A stretch of 64,000 bases of DNA from Pirellulales bacterium (GTDB lineage: Bacteria; Planctomycetota; Planctomycetia; Pirellulales; JAICIG01): positions 1 through 64,000 of the forward strand of contig JBBDYJ010000038.1 in assembly GCA_040901675.1 (NCBI GenBank), written 5' to 3'. Below the pieces are notes generated by a model. It was not told where the DNA came from, did not search any database, and worked only from the letters and a program-made list of their open reading frames with translations. Numbering within the stretch: the stretch's first letter is position 1; each line of letters opens with the position of its first letter. This document shows positions 10,201 through 19,362 of the stretch, piece by piece. A program made the position numbers and the translations under genes.

Positions 10201-10913
10201 TGCGGATATTGACGGAAACCGGCGCGAGCTTTCAGGAGACGCGGGAAAAGGTCCGCAAGCTGCGGGAGTCGCTCGACCAAAAGGCGGTTGGTCTGGTACG
10301 GCAGGCACGGCTGGCGATCGAGCAGGCCTGGCCGCGGCTTTTGGCCCGCGGCCCCGCGCCGGGAGTTGCCAAAGCGGTGAATGAGCTGAAGGAGCTGCTG
10401 GTCTCCGAGCGGTTCGGGGACTCGCTGGGCGAGATCGCCGAGCGAACACAGACCATTCTCGGTAGTTACAAGTCAGCCTATCTCGATCTGTTCGACCGGC
10501 GTGCGGAAGCGTACGAGAAGGCCATCGAAGAGGTCAAGAATCGGCCCGAGTGGGAGCCGCTGTCCCGGGGGAACAAGGAAGTAGCCGAGACGCTGTTGGC
10601 GCCGTTGGCGGGACGGATCGGGTCCGAAGATGATCGTGCAGCAGTTGCTGACGGCTCGGGGTTGGGCAAAGCCAGCCTGATGGAGATGGAGTCGGACCTG
10701 GCGGCGGTCGAAGCTCTCAGGGCAACGGCGCTGGTAAAGCTGCAAGAATTGGCGCTGGGCGGCGGGCAGCAGGCGCCCGTGCAGCGGGTGCGGGTGTCGG
10801 CCTTATTCAATCGGCCCATCCAGACCCAAGAAGATCTGAACGCGGCGCTCGACCAGATCCGTAGCACGCTGCAAAAGCTCGTCGACGAAGGGACGGCGAT
10901 TATTCTGGAGTAA
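7251..10913 (+). CDS. brxC: BREX P-loop ATPase BrxC
   Basis: GIGVWISGFFGSGKSS Walker A, FIIDEVGQH Walker B, VVTSQEKLD, KLQDRF, FYPY. About 1220 aa. Alternative GTG start at 7245. Confidence 0.93.
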   Translation: METIGELLSRDLSRKIEEIIQVDQADQQAVHAEITEYIATDSIRDQYGQLLRAVAEAPSEPHEGIGVWISGFFGSGKSSFAKNLGYALENRKVLGKNFSDLFKKQIDDRHVDDLLDLVNTRIPTEVILFEVAKERDTRKVTERIAELMYTVLLRELDYAEDFDVAELEIELEVERKLDQFVQTCETLYPEGWRMVRKGAQKLSRASRVLHEIDPQTYPSADSWSHAQRNREAAITVSKVVERTFELWGRRRPGKALAFIIDEVGQHVARSGDKIEDLRATIEEFGKVSKNLLKARKIIAPCWIVVTSQEKLDEVVAAIDSKRVDLAKLQDRFRFRVDLAPSDIREVATRRVLAKRPEGEPRLRKLFADNQGKLNAALRLERTTRRAEVNEDDFVQFYPYAPHYIELCIGIMSGIRLQPGAPRHYGGSNRTIIKQAYEMLVSERTAFAKKPIGALVTLDKVFELVEGNLSNEKRTDIHEISQRFQGEKGDWPARVAKVICLLEFVRDLPRTEANIAAFLIDEVGCPTPLGEVKTAIEQLHAAKFVRNTEDGWKLQTAQEKTWETERQGHLEPKPRDRNEITRQTVKEVFGDTALKTFRYRDLRTFRIGLSVDGAAIGDEGDLPLSLRIADDGEDLNRKLGEMRDESRQEAHKNEVYWGCSLSPEIDDVVAHLHASRKMVEKYDQMRAQNKISTDETTCLQDEKHNALGYESRLRDKLTEAIEKGTGMFRGVQKDAAGLGKNLGEIFKKLFASAVPDLYPKLEMGSRPLEKDDPEKFLKAADLKALPQVFYEGEKGLGLVVKDGAKLVLNTNAAVAKEVFDYLAAEHGYGNKESRTGKALERRFGGIGYGWERDVLRLILAVLFRSGAIEVTYQGNRFHNYQDPVSRTPFANNVAFRSSLFSPRQSVGLKTLTTAVQQLEDITGEEVDVEEGAIAAAFKKVAGEELEKLHPLKALAEAHELPIRPLLTEYQQTLLGIQASASDDCVRILTETGASFQETREKVRKLRESLDQKAVGLVRQARLAIEQAWPRLLARGPAPGVAKAVNELKELLVSERFGDSLGEIAERTQTILGSYKSAYLDLFDRRAEAYEKAIEEVKNRPEWEPLSRGNKEVAETLLAPLAGRIGSEDDRAAVADGSGLGKASLMEMESDLAAVEALRATALVKLQELALGGGQQAPVQRVRVSALFNRPIQTQEDLNAALDQIRSTLQKLVDEGTAIILE

Positions 10914-11731
10914 TGCTTAGCCCCCGCGAGATTTTTGAAGACAACATCCGCCCGGCGGAGCTTTTGCTCAAAGTCTACCGGCTGTTGGAGCACGATGCAC
11001 CCAGCACGGACGGCAAGCTGGTGGGGGCACTGCGGGGGCTGGTGCGGGCCGAAGCGGACGAGGGGCTGATGGTGATCTACAACGAAATCTTTCTGGGGCT
11101 GATTCGGGAACGGGCGGAGGTGCCGCCCGCCTCGATCAAGCGGAGCGCTCTTTGCAACCTGCTGCGGCAGTCGGCCGTGACGGCCTGCACGGCCCTGGAG
11201 ACGTATTTGCCCACGCTATTGCGGAACGAACTGCCGGAGGTGATCAAGCTGCGCGGGCGGGAGTTCGTGCCGAAGGACAAAGAGATCACGGAGCAATTCA
11301 AGAACCTTTCGTTCAATCTTGAAGAGTCCGTTCGACTGCTGACCAATCCGGATCCGCTGTACATCGCGAACAAGATGATCAGCTTTGTCAATTTCAGCTA
11401 CTTGAGCGGCAAGCGGGGGATCCACGTGACGGGGGCACTTTTGGCGCTGGAGAATCCTTGGAAGCAGATTGCCGACAGGCTTCAGCGGGGCGAGGAGGAC
11501 CTGAAGAAAACGCTCGACGATGCGGTGAACCGCCGCAACGACATCGTCCACCGGGCCGACCGCGAAAAGAAGCGGCCCGAGGGGGCCGCGCAACCGATCG
11601 GCTACGCCTGGACCCGCCAGGCCGTGGACACAGTCCGCGTCGTCTGCCTCTGCCTTGACGAGCTTGTGGCAGCGCGGCTGAAGGAGCTACAAGCTCAAGG
11701 CAGCATTGTTCAGCTACGGGGAACGATCTGA
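10913..11731 (+). CDS. HEPN-domain protein (RiboL-PSP-HEPN-like)
   Basis: LLRQSAVTACTALETYL and RRNDIVHRAD (RxxxxH). TAATG overlap with the brxC stop. Confidence 0.7.
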   Translation: MLSPREIFEDNIRPAELLLKVYRLLEHDAPSTDGKLVGALRGLVRAEADEGLMVIYNEIFLGLIRERAEVPPASIKRSALCNLLRQSAVTACTALETYLPTLLRNELPEVIKLRGREFVPKDKEITEQFKNLSFNLEESVRLLTNPDPLYIANKMISFVNFSYLSGKRGIHVTGALLALENPWKQIADRLQRGEEDLKKTLDDAVNRRNDIVHRADREKKRPEGAAQPIGYAWTRQAVDTVRVVCLCLDELVAARLKELQAQGSIVQLRGTI

Positions 11732-11845
11732 ACTTTATGGTATCGGCAACGAGGGCTCGACGAGGGGACGAATATCGCAGTGGATAACGAGGATCAACGG
11801 CAAATGCTGGCAGGAAGGCGCCACGATCGTGGTGGAGTGATCCCA

Positions 11846-12550
11846 ATGTGGGGATGGCTGCAAGAGATAGGCAACTACTTCAGGCATGCATGGCAGCGTC
11901 TGCTTATCGCTGCCATATGCCTCGGCCTTGTCATCGCCCGGATCATCTTTCCCACGATTCCAGTTGATTGGATAACGCTAGTGCTGATTGCAATCGCCGC
12001 ATTTGCTTTGATAGGTCCGAACACGGATGACATTCGGCTCCTTGCGAGAAGGGCATTGCCGTACATCAAGAAGGCAAAGGTTGCTGGGATCGAGGTCGAG
12101 TTGAGCGAGGAGATCAGGAAGCTCGCTATCGATGTGGACAAGGTTCAGATCGAGCTTGCGGAAGAGAAACAGCTGATATTGGCCTCGGGCTATCCAGCGG
12201 GGGAGACGGAAGTCTTGCAGGAGTTGAAGGTCGCTCCTCGTGCGGCACTCCTATTACTTGGCGCGAAGATCGAGCAGCAAATAATGCTTCAACTTGCCAA
12301 GCATCGACTGCGAAAGCAGGGTGAATACGTGCCGATGCACCGAGCCATTGAGATCTGCGTTGAGAATGGTGTCTTCCCCAAGGAGATTCTGAAGCCGTTC
12401 AAGGAGTTCTGGAACATTCGCAATCAGGTTGCGCACGGCATGGCCTCTGGTGTGGAAGAGTCGCTGGTGATATCGCTGGTATCGCTCGGTCTCGAAGTTC
12501 TGAAGCTCGTTTCAATAGAGGGTGGCGATGGACCAGACTCTCCGAAATAA
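11846..12550 (+). CDS. Membrane-anchored DUF4145/HEPN-like protein
   Basis: Two N-terminal hydrophobic helices, KAKVAGIEVEL linker, C-terminal IRNQVAHG (RxxxxH). Overlaps the pglX start. Confidence 0.65.
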   Translation: MWGWLQEIGNYFRHAWQRLLIAAICLGLVIARIIFPTIPVDWITLVLIAIAAFALIGPNTDDIRLLARRALPYIKKAKVAGIEVELSEEIRKLAIDVDKVQIELAEEKQLILASGYPAGETEVLQELKVAPRAALLLLGAKIEQQIMLQLAKHRLRKQGEYVPMHRAIEICVENGVFPKEILKPFKEFWNIRNQVAHGMASGVEESLVISLVSLGLEVLKLVSIEGGDGPDSPK

Positions 12551-15500
12551 GCTGCGCAGCGTGGTGACGCAGTGCCGGAAGCTGCTGGAGGAGAGCGTCT
12601 CGAAGGAGCTGCAGGGGAAGTTCGGCATCTACGCCGGGGGCAAGAAGGACGCGGTGCAGATCGAGGATGAGGCGCGCTTGTCGCACCTGAGCGACGCTGA
12701 CCTGGCGGCGCGGCGGGACATCCTGGACCACTTTGAGCATATCCAGGCCCGCGGATTCAAGGCGAAGGACGCCCTGGACCAACTGGTCCGCGAAGTCGCG
12801 TTCACCCATCTCAACCGGCTGTGCGCCTACAAGATGATGGAGGCGAGGGAAGTCTACGTGGGCGGCCAGAGATTCCGCGACGCGGTAAGCCGGGGCGTCA
12901 ACTCGAACGGTGTGAAGTTCTACCTGGCTGACCATCCAGACGACGAGCGGCTGTTCAACACGGGACAGCAGGAACTGGCCTACCGGCATTTTCTCGACTG
13001 GCTGGGGGGCCAGTTGTCGGAAGAGATCGGCGTGTTGTTCAACCCCAACGACCCGGCCAATCGGCTCTATCCGCCGCAACGAGTGCTGGACCAGGTGCTC
13101 GATTTGTTGAACGAGGGGGACATCAAGCCGGACGAGACCGAGCTTCGCGAAGCCTGGCCGGAGATCTGGACGCAGGACGAGACGATCGGCTGGGTTTACC
13201 AGTATTTCACGCCCAAGGAGTTGCGGGACCAGGCGCGCAAGGAGAGTGCCGCCCCACGGAACAGCTACGAGTTGGCGTTCCGGAACCAGTTCTTCACGCC
13301 CCGCTACGTGGTCGAGTTCCTGACCGACAACACGCTGGGGTGCATCTGGTACGAGATGCGAAAGGCCGGCACGAGGCTCAAGGACCAGTGTCGCTACATG
13401 GTGCGGCGTCCGAGCGAGGTCTTCCTTGCCGAAGGACAATCGCCGCCTGAGCCGACGCAAAACCAGGAAGACTTATCGCAGGAAGAGCTTCTCAAGCAGC
13501 CTGTTCACATCCCGCACCGGCCAAAGAAAGACCCTCGTGAGCTTCGCATCCTCGACCCGGCCTGCGGCAGCGGCCACTTCCTGCTCTACTGCTTCGACCT
13601 CCTCCTCACGATCTACGAGGAAGCCTACGCTGATCCCGACCTCGGCCCAAAGCTGAAGGAAGACTACCCGACGCTGGATGCATTGCGGTGGGATGTGCCT
13701 CGGCTGATCCTCGCCCACAACGTGCACGGCATCGACATCGACCTGCGATGCACGCAGATCGCAGCTCTCGCTCTGTGGCTCAGATGCCAGCGAGCTTATC
13801 GAGAGATGGGGCTGAAACAGGACCGACCCAAGATCAGCCGGTCGAATATCGTCTGTGCCGAGCCGATGCCGGGGGACAAGACCCTGCTGGACGAGTTCCT
13901 CAAGACGCTGAAACAAGATCGGCTGGAGGCGTTGATTCAGCGCGTCATGCAAGTGCCCGAGGGAGGCCGGGTCCGAGCGACCGAATCGATGGCAGAGAGC
14001 CTGACCGAATTGGTGCGGCTCGTCTGGGAGAAGATGCAATTGGCCGGTGAGGCCGGCAGTCTGCTCAAGATCCAAGAAGAGTTGCAGGAGGCCGTTCGAA
14101 AGGGGCAGGAGGAATGGGAGGAGAAGCAACCACTGTTCCGCATCACCGAGTTCGGGTTGCGGGAGGAGCCAAAAGAAAGCTATCTCCGCTTTGTGCCCGG
14201 GCAGGGCGTGAGTTTTTGGGAGCGAGCCGAGGCGCTCGTCCTGGAGGCTCTGCGGGATTACGCTCGCCATGCTTCCAACGGTGGACGGTTGGAACGTCAG
14301 CTGTTCGCTGAGGATGCCGAGCGAGGATTTGCGTTCATCGACATTTGCCGGAAACGCTTCGACGTTGTCCTTATGAATCCGCCGTTTGGTCAGTTTTCCA
14401 AGCGATACAAGAGCTATGCCAAACTATCATTCCCATCTTCATACAACGACATTCTGTGTGCATTTACGGAACGGTGGTATTGGTGTCTCACCGTGGATGG
14501 CCGCTTGGGAGCTATCACCAGCCGCACACCGTTTTTCATTAGTTCCGCCTCCGGTTGGCGTAATGGTTTTATTCTGCAGCACCGCGGTTTCGCTGTGATG
14601 GCTGACCTTGGGGATGGCGTTATGGACGACGCCATGGTCGAAGCCGCTGCCTACGTACTAAGCCGTACGCAGCAGCAAGGACCTTCCGTGTTTTATCGCA
14701 TGCTTGGCTTGGCGGATCGGGAGGAGGGACTCAAGCAGGCGATCGACGCATTTAAGGCTGGTACTGCGTCCAGCCGATGCTTCTTGTTCGACACGGACTG
14801 CTTTCGGGCCATTCCTGATTCACCGTTTGCGTATTGGGTGAATGCGCGACTTGCGGCGCGACTGTGCGGTCTGCCATCCTTTGAGCCATCGGCCGGAAGT
14901 ATCCGAGTGGGCTTGACGACGCTAGACAACTTTAGGTTTGTACGGGCACTATGGGAAGTGGCGCCTTCACGATTGGGCGTTGACGGTGATTTCTCAGAAC
15001 AGTCTCAGAAGATGTGGGCACCGCTAGTCATAGGTGGTAAATCGCAGCCGTGGTACTCCCCCTTGCAGGTGTGCGTTAAATGGAAGGACAACGGGAAGGA
15101 GATTAGAGAGTATATTAGGGAGCGTGGGTCAGAATCTCGCTGGATTCGCAGTCCTGAGTTTTACTTCCAACCGGGATTCAGTTGGACTCGGCGCGCCGTT
15201 CGCTTCATTCCATATGCTATACCGGCTGGATGTATTCCTACTGCCAGTCGATACATGGCGTATCCGCATCCAAAGAAGGAAGTAATTGCGATCGGCATTG
15301 GTGCATCCAACACGGCATCTGCGTTTTTGCGATTCTACGGGGAATGGTTTTGTCGTCCTAACTTTCTCGTCGAGAGCGTAAAGGCATTACCGTGGCCTAA
15401 CCTATCCGCGTCGCTCGTCGAGAGGCTAGATACCCTCGTGCGGCACGAGGTTGATCAGAGAAGACGTGCGTATCAAAATCACGAACCCTATCACGACTTT

Positions 15501-16631
15501 ACTGCTCCTAGCATGATTAGGTCAAATGCCAAAGGAGATGCTGTTACATGTGACCTGTCTAGTTTCATTGGGAAGGAACTCGAACTTGAAATAGCTTCCG
15601 CATTTGGAATGTGTCCAGATGAGTATACGGTTCTTGCTACAGATCTTCTCGAGGCGGTCGTTGCAAACAGCACAATGCCGCAAGGACATGATGATGACGA
15701 AGATGAAGATGTGGGAGTCGCCAGTGGTGAGGAGGATGTGGTACTTGGGGAGACAGAAATCGCTCGGCGTGAATCGCTAGTGTCGTATTGTGTCGGCGTA
15801 GCGTTCGGCCGCTGGGATGTGCGGTTGGCATTAGATCCTGGGCTCATTCGAAAAGTGGCCGGTCCATTTGACCCGCTGCCGGTGTGCTGTCCGGGAATGC
15901 TGCAAGGAGGCGATGGCCTCCCAGCGAACAAACCGCCCGAGGGGTATCCCCTTCGCATCGACTGGGACGGCGTTCTTGTCGACGACAACGAGCATGGCGA
16001 TGACATCGTTGGCCGGGTGCGGGAAGTGCTCGAACTGATCTGGACGGACCGGGCCGAGGCCATCGAAAAGGAGGCGTGCGAGATTCTCGGCGTCAAGGAG
16101 CTGCGGGACTACTTCCGCAAGCCGGGCAAGGGGGGCTTCTGGGACGACCACGTGTCCCGGTATTCCAAGAGCCGGCGGAAGGCGCCGATCTACTGGCTGC
16201 TCCAGTCGTCGAGGAAGAACTACGCGCTCTGGCTGTACTACCACCGGCTCGACAAGGACCTGCTGTTCAAGGCGCTGGCGAACTACGTCGAGCCCAAGAT
16301 CCGACTGGAGGAAAGCCGCCTGGCAGCGCTCCGCGGCCAGAAGGCCGGCGCGGCACAGCCGGGGAAGGGCGCCAAGAAGATCGACAAGGACATCGAGACG
16401 CTGGAGGACTTGGTCTCCGAGCTGCGGGATTTTGAGGACAAGCTGCGCCGGGCGGCGAACATGCACTTGGAGCCGGACCTCAATGACGGCGTGGTGCTCA
16501 ATATCGCGCCGCTCCATGAGCTGGTGCCATGGAAAGAGGCCAAGAAGTATTGGCAGGAGCTGCTGGAAGGCAAGTACGAATGGTCGACGATCGGAAAGCA
16601 ACTGCGAGAGAAAGGGGTGATTTCATGCTGA
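12522..16631 (+). CDS. pglX: BREX-1 adenine-specific DNA methyltransferase PglX
   Basis: AFTHLNRLCAYKMMEAR, IGWVYQYF, QFFTPRYVVEFL, ILDPACGSGHFL (SAM binding), VVLMNPPF (catalytic), RRKAPIYWLL, DLNDGVVLN. Confidence 0.95.
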   Translation: MAMDQTLRNKLRSVVTQCRKLLEESVSKELQGKFGIYAGGKKDAVQIEDEARLSHLSDADLAARRDILDHFEHIQARGFKAKDALDQLVREVAFTHLNRLCAYKMMEAREVYVGGQRFRDAVSRGVNSNGVKFYLADHPDDERLFNTGQQELAYRHFLDWLGGQLSEEIGVLFNPNDPANRLYPPQRVLDQVLDLLNEGDIKPDETELREAWPEIWTQDETIGWVYQYFTPKELRDQARKESAAPRNSYELAFRNQFFTPRYVVEFLTDNTLGCIWYEMRKAGTRLKDQCRYMVRRPSEVFLAEGQSPPEPTQNQEDLSQEELLKQPVHIPHRPKKDPRELRILDPACGSGHFLLYCFDLLLTIYEEAYADPDLGPKLKEDYPTLDALRWDVPRLILAHNVHGIDIDLRCTQIAALALWLRCQRAYREMGLKQDRPKISRSNIVCAEPMPGDKTLLDEFLKTLKQDRLEALIQRVMQVPEGGRVRATESMAESLTELVRLVWEKMQLAGEAGSLLKIQEELQEAVRKGQEEWEEKQPLFRITEFGLREEPKESYLRFVPGQGVSFWERAEALVLEALRDYARHASNGGRLERQLFAEDAERGFAFIDICRKRFDVVLMNPPFGQFSKRYKSYAKLSFPSSYNDILCAFTERWYWCLTVDGRLGAITSRTPFFISSASGWRNGFILQHRGFAVMADLGDGVMDDAMVEAAAYVLSRTQQQGPSVFYRMLGLADREEGLKQAIDAFKAGTASSRCFLFDTDCFRAIPDSPFAYWVNARLAARLCGLPSFEPSAGSIRVGLTTLDNFRFVRALWEVAPSRLGVDGDFSEQSQKMWAPLVIGGKSQPWYSPLQVCVKWKDNGKEIREYIRERGSESRWIRSPEFYFQPGFSWTRRAVRFIPYAIPAGCIPTASRYMAYPHPKKEVIAIGIGASNTASAFLRFYGEWFCRPNFLVESVKALPWPNLSASLVERLDTLVRHEVDQRRRAYQNHEPYHDFTAPSMIRSNAKGDAVTCDLSSFIGKELELEIASAFGMCPDEYTVLATDLLEAVVANSTMPQGHDDDEDEDVGVASGEEDVVLGETEIARRESLVSYCVGVAFGRWDVRLALDPGLIRKVAGPFDPLPVCCPGMLQGGDGLPANKPPEGYPLRIDWDGVLVDDNEHGDDIVGRVREVLELIWTDRAEAIEKEACEILGVKELRDYFRKPGKGGFWDDHVSRYSKSRRKAPIYWLLQSSRKNYALWLYYHRLDKDLLFKALANYVEPKIRLEESRLAALRGQKAGAAQPGKGAKKIDKDIETLEDLVSELRDFEDKLRRAANMHLEPDLNDGVVLNIAPLHELVPWKEAKKYWQELLEGKYEWSTIGKQLREKGVISC

Positions 16632-17893
16632 AATCTCTTGCGCTTCATGGAGTAGGGCCGGTCCATGGCTTAACGGCTTCGCTTGGCGAACGCCTGAATG
16701 TTCTGACCGGCGATAACGGCCTGGGGAAGTCCTTTTTGCTCGACGTGTCCTTCTGGGCACTGACCGGTACGTGGCCCGGTGGCCGCGTGGCGATCCCTGA
16801 ATCCCGGAGAGCACGCCCGAGGATCGAATTCGAGGTCAAGAGCAAAGCAAAATCTGTGCAAAGGAAAGCCGAGTACGACTTCAAGACACAAACATGGAGC
16901 CGCCAGGCGGGTCGCCCGCCGATGCCCGGCCTCGTGGTGTACGCGGCCGTGGATGGTGGATTTGCCGTGTGGGACCCCGCCCGTAACTATTGGCGCGATC
17001 CACCAACTGGCGCCGCCTTTATCAAGGACCGGCCCGATGCTTACCAGTTCACGCCGAAAGAAGTCGCTGAGGGCCTGCCCGGCAATGGCGGCCAGCTTTG
17101 CAACGGCCTGATCCAGGACTGGGTGAGCTGGTACTATCAACGCGCCAGCCGGCCCAATGCCAGTCCTTTCGATTATCTCGAAGGCGTGGTCGATCTCTTG
17201 TCGCATCCCTCCGAGCCGCTCAGGGCGGAGGAGCCGCGAAAGGTCTTCGTGGATGACAGCCGCAAGTTTCCCACGCTGGGACTCCCCTATGGAGTCCTTC
17301 CCTACCCGCTCTGGTCGGCGGCCATCAAGCGGATTGTAAGCTTCGCCTATTTGATCGTTTGGGCCTGGACCGAACATCTTCAGGCCGCCGAGCTTCGAAA
17401 AGAATCGCCCGCGGACCGCTTGATCCTTATTGTCGACGAGATCGAGGCGCACCTGCACCCAAAATGGCAGCGAACAATCCTGCCGGCCGTATTGAACGTG
17501 GTTGAAAAGCTCCGGGCGGACATCGGTGTGCAGATCATTGCCGCGACTCATTCACCGCTGGTGCTGGCCTCCCTCGAGCCATATTTCGACGATAGCATCG
17601 ACCAGTTCTTTTGCTTCAGCCTTACCGATGACAAAGTCTCATTCGACAACGTTCCCTGGGCCGTACATGGCGACGTTCTGGCCTGGTTGGCATCCGACGT
17701 CTTCGGTTTGGAGCAGGCTCGTTCGCGCGAGGCGGAGCGGGTGATTGAAGCCGCGGAAGCCTTTATGCGAGGCGATCCCCCGGGGGAATCGGACGGACTT
17801 CGAACGAAGGAACAGATTACCGAAGAATTGCGTAGGATCCTCCCCGGCTTAGACCCCTTCTGGCCGCGATGGATCGTCAAGACGCAATCATGA
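16625..17893 (+). CDS. ABC/AAA_21-type ATPase (Septu PtuA-like)
   Basis: LNVLTGDNGLGKS Walker A, degenerate signature LWSAAIKR, LIVDEIEAHLHPKWQR Walker B/D-loop, IAATHSPLVL. ATG 16625 overlaps the pglX stop. Confidence 0.85.
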   Translation: MLKSLALHGVGPVHGLTASLGERLNVLTGDNGLGKSFLLDVSFWALTGTWPGGRVAIPESRRARPRIEFEVKSKAKSVQRKAEYDFKTQTWSRQAGRPPMPGLVVYAAVDGGFAVWDPARNYWRDPPTGAAFIKDRPDAYQFTPKEVAEGLPGNGGQLCNGLIQDWVSWYYQRASRPNASPFDYLEGVVDLLSHPSEPLRAEEPRKVFVDDSRKFPTLGLPYGVLPYPLWSAAIKRIVSFAYLIVWAWTEHLQAAELRKESPADRLILIVDEIEAHLHPKWQRTILPAVLNVVEKLRADIGVQIIAATHSPLVLASLEPYFDDSIDQFFCFSLTDDKVSFDNVPWAVHGDVLAWLASDVFGLEQARSREAERVIEAAEAFMRGDPPGESDGLRTKEQITEELRRILPGLDPFWPRWIVKTQS

Positions 17894-18501
17894 TTCCATG
17901 CACCCTGAAAGATGAACCGGAAGACTTTGATGCACGATGCCGAAGGCGAGGCCGCGCCTGGATCGCAGAACATCCTGGCTTCAACCGTCCACGAGACTTC
18001 TGGAGCCAGTTCGAGCCGCATATAAGAGCTGCGTTCGGCGGCTTATGTGCGTATTGTGCCATGCTAATCATGAGGGGACAGATTGATCACTTCCGGCCAA
18101 TTGCCCTGTTGAGGAGCAACGACGAGGCCAGCCTTGCCTATGAATGGAGCAATCTCCGTTACGGAGAGGCCGTTCTGAATGGCAAGAAGTGGAAGCACGT
18201 CGTTCTGGACCCATTTGACGTCCAAGAAGGATGGTTCGAGATCCTGCTGCCTTCGCTTCAACTTCATGCCACCGACATGGTTCCCGTGGCGCTGCGCGAG
18301 CTGGCCGCGTTTACGATTACAAAACTGGGGCTGCGCGATGGGGAGGTCGTTATTCGTTATCGTCGGGAATGGTTCAAGATGTATCAGAATCGCGAGCTGA
18401 GCCTTAGCGGCTTGCGAAACGTGGCGCCTCAAATCGCCGACGCCGTCGAAAGTGATTTGCGGAACGGCAAGGATTGGCGCGTGACCGAGGGCGGGGGATG
18501 A
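17890..18501 (+). CDS. HNH endonuclease (PtuB-like)
   Basis: FGGLCAYC, QIDHFRP, LAYEWSNLRY, LNGKK, VLDPF. ATGA overlap with the ATPase stop. Confidence 0.85.
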   Translation: MIPCTLKDEPEDFDARCRRRGRAWIAEHPGFNRPRDFWSQFEPHIRAAFGGLCAYCAMLIMRGQIDHFRPIALLRSNDEASLAYEWSNLRYGEAVLNGKKWKHVVLDPFDVQEGWFEILLPSLQLHATDMVPVALRELAAFTITKLGLRDGEVVIRYRREWFKMYQNRELSLSGLRNVAPQIADAVESDLRNGKDWRVTEGGG

Positions 18502-18558
18502 AAAACTACTAAAGGGGGACCGGAGCGCGATTCACCTGTGAATATGGAGTGTTTTGAG

Positions 18559-19362
18559 ATGAAGATTGGGTTCTCAACCGGGAGTCTGGCGCTCGGCGAC
18601 TTTCGACGTGGTCTGGAGATGGCCCGCAGCGAGCGGATCAAGGCGATTGAGCTTTCGGCATTGCGTGAAGCGGAACTGGACCCGCTGCTCGATTCCCTCG
18701 ATTCGCTTGAGGAGCAACTCAGGCCGTTCGAGTACGTTTCCTTCCACGCCCCAAGTCGGTTGGAGAAGCTGTCAGAGGCGCAACTGGTGGACAAGCTTCA
18801 GATGGTCGCCGACAGGGGGTGGGCCATCATCATCCATCCCGATGTGATCCATGACGTGCGCCTGTGGCGGCCGCTCGGTGCAGCGGTCTGCATCGAGAAC
18901 ATGGACCGCCGGAAGGAGATCGGGCGAACCGCGGCCCAACTCCAGCGGTTCTTTGCAGAGTTGCCGGACGCCACGTTCTGCTTCGACGTGGGCCACGCAC
19001 GCCAGGTCGATCCCACGATGCAGGAGGCAGAGACGTTTCTTCGCTGCTTCGGAAACCGCCTGCGACAGATTCACATGAGCTACGTCAATTCACGAAGCGG
19101 GCATGAGCGGCTCAACTTTGACAGCCTCGTGGCGTTCCGGCGGATCGCCCATTGGCTCAAGGACTCGGTTCCCGTGATCCTTGAGACGCCCGTTGCCACG
19201 GAGGCGATTGAGGAGGAGGTGTCCGCTGCCGAGAGCGTGTTCCACGATCTCGACAACGGTGAGAAGCGCAGGGGAGAAGACGGACGAACGAAGATCTCAC
19301 GCAAAGGCGCCAAGGCGCAAAGAGGACGCCCTTCGTCTGGAGATAGCGAGGAGGGGACATGA
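18559..19362 (+). CDS. Metal-dependent TIM-barrel protein (AP endonuclease 2 / xylose isomerase-like fold)
   Basis: MKIGFST, IELS, SFHAP, IIIHPD, CIENMD, FCFDVGHA, QIHMS, GHE, VILETP ligand pattern. Confidence 0.75.
   Translation: MKIGFSTGSLALGDFRRGLEMARSERIKAIELSALREAELDPLLDSLDSLEEQLRPFEYVSFHAPSRLEKLSEAQLVDKLQMVADRGWAIIIHPDVIHDVRLWRPLGAAVCIENMDRRKEIGRTAAQLQRFFAELPDATFCFDVGHARQVDPTMQEAETFLRCFGNRLRQIHMSYVNSRSGHERLNFDSLVAFRRIAHWLKDSVPVILETPVATEAIEEEVSAAESVFHDLDNGEKRRGEDGRTKISRKGAKAQRGRPSSGDSEEGT

Noticed and set aside
16625..18501. Retron (Ec78-like) or PARIS assignment
   Set aside because: No reverse transcriptase or msr-msd is visible, and the partner is HNH rather than the TOPRIM-type AriB.
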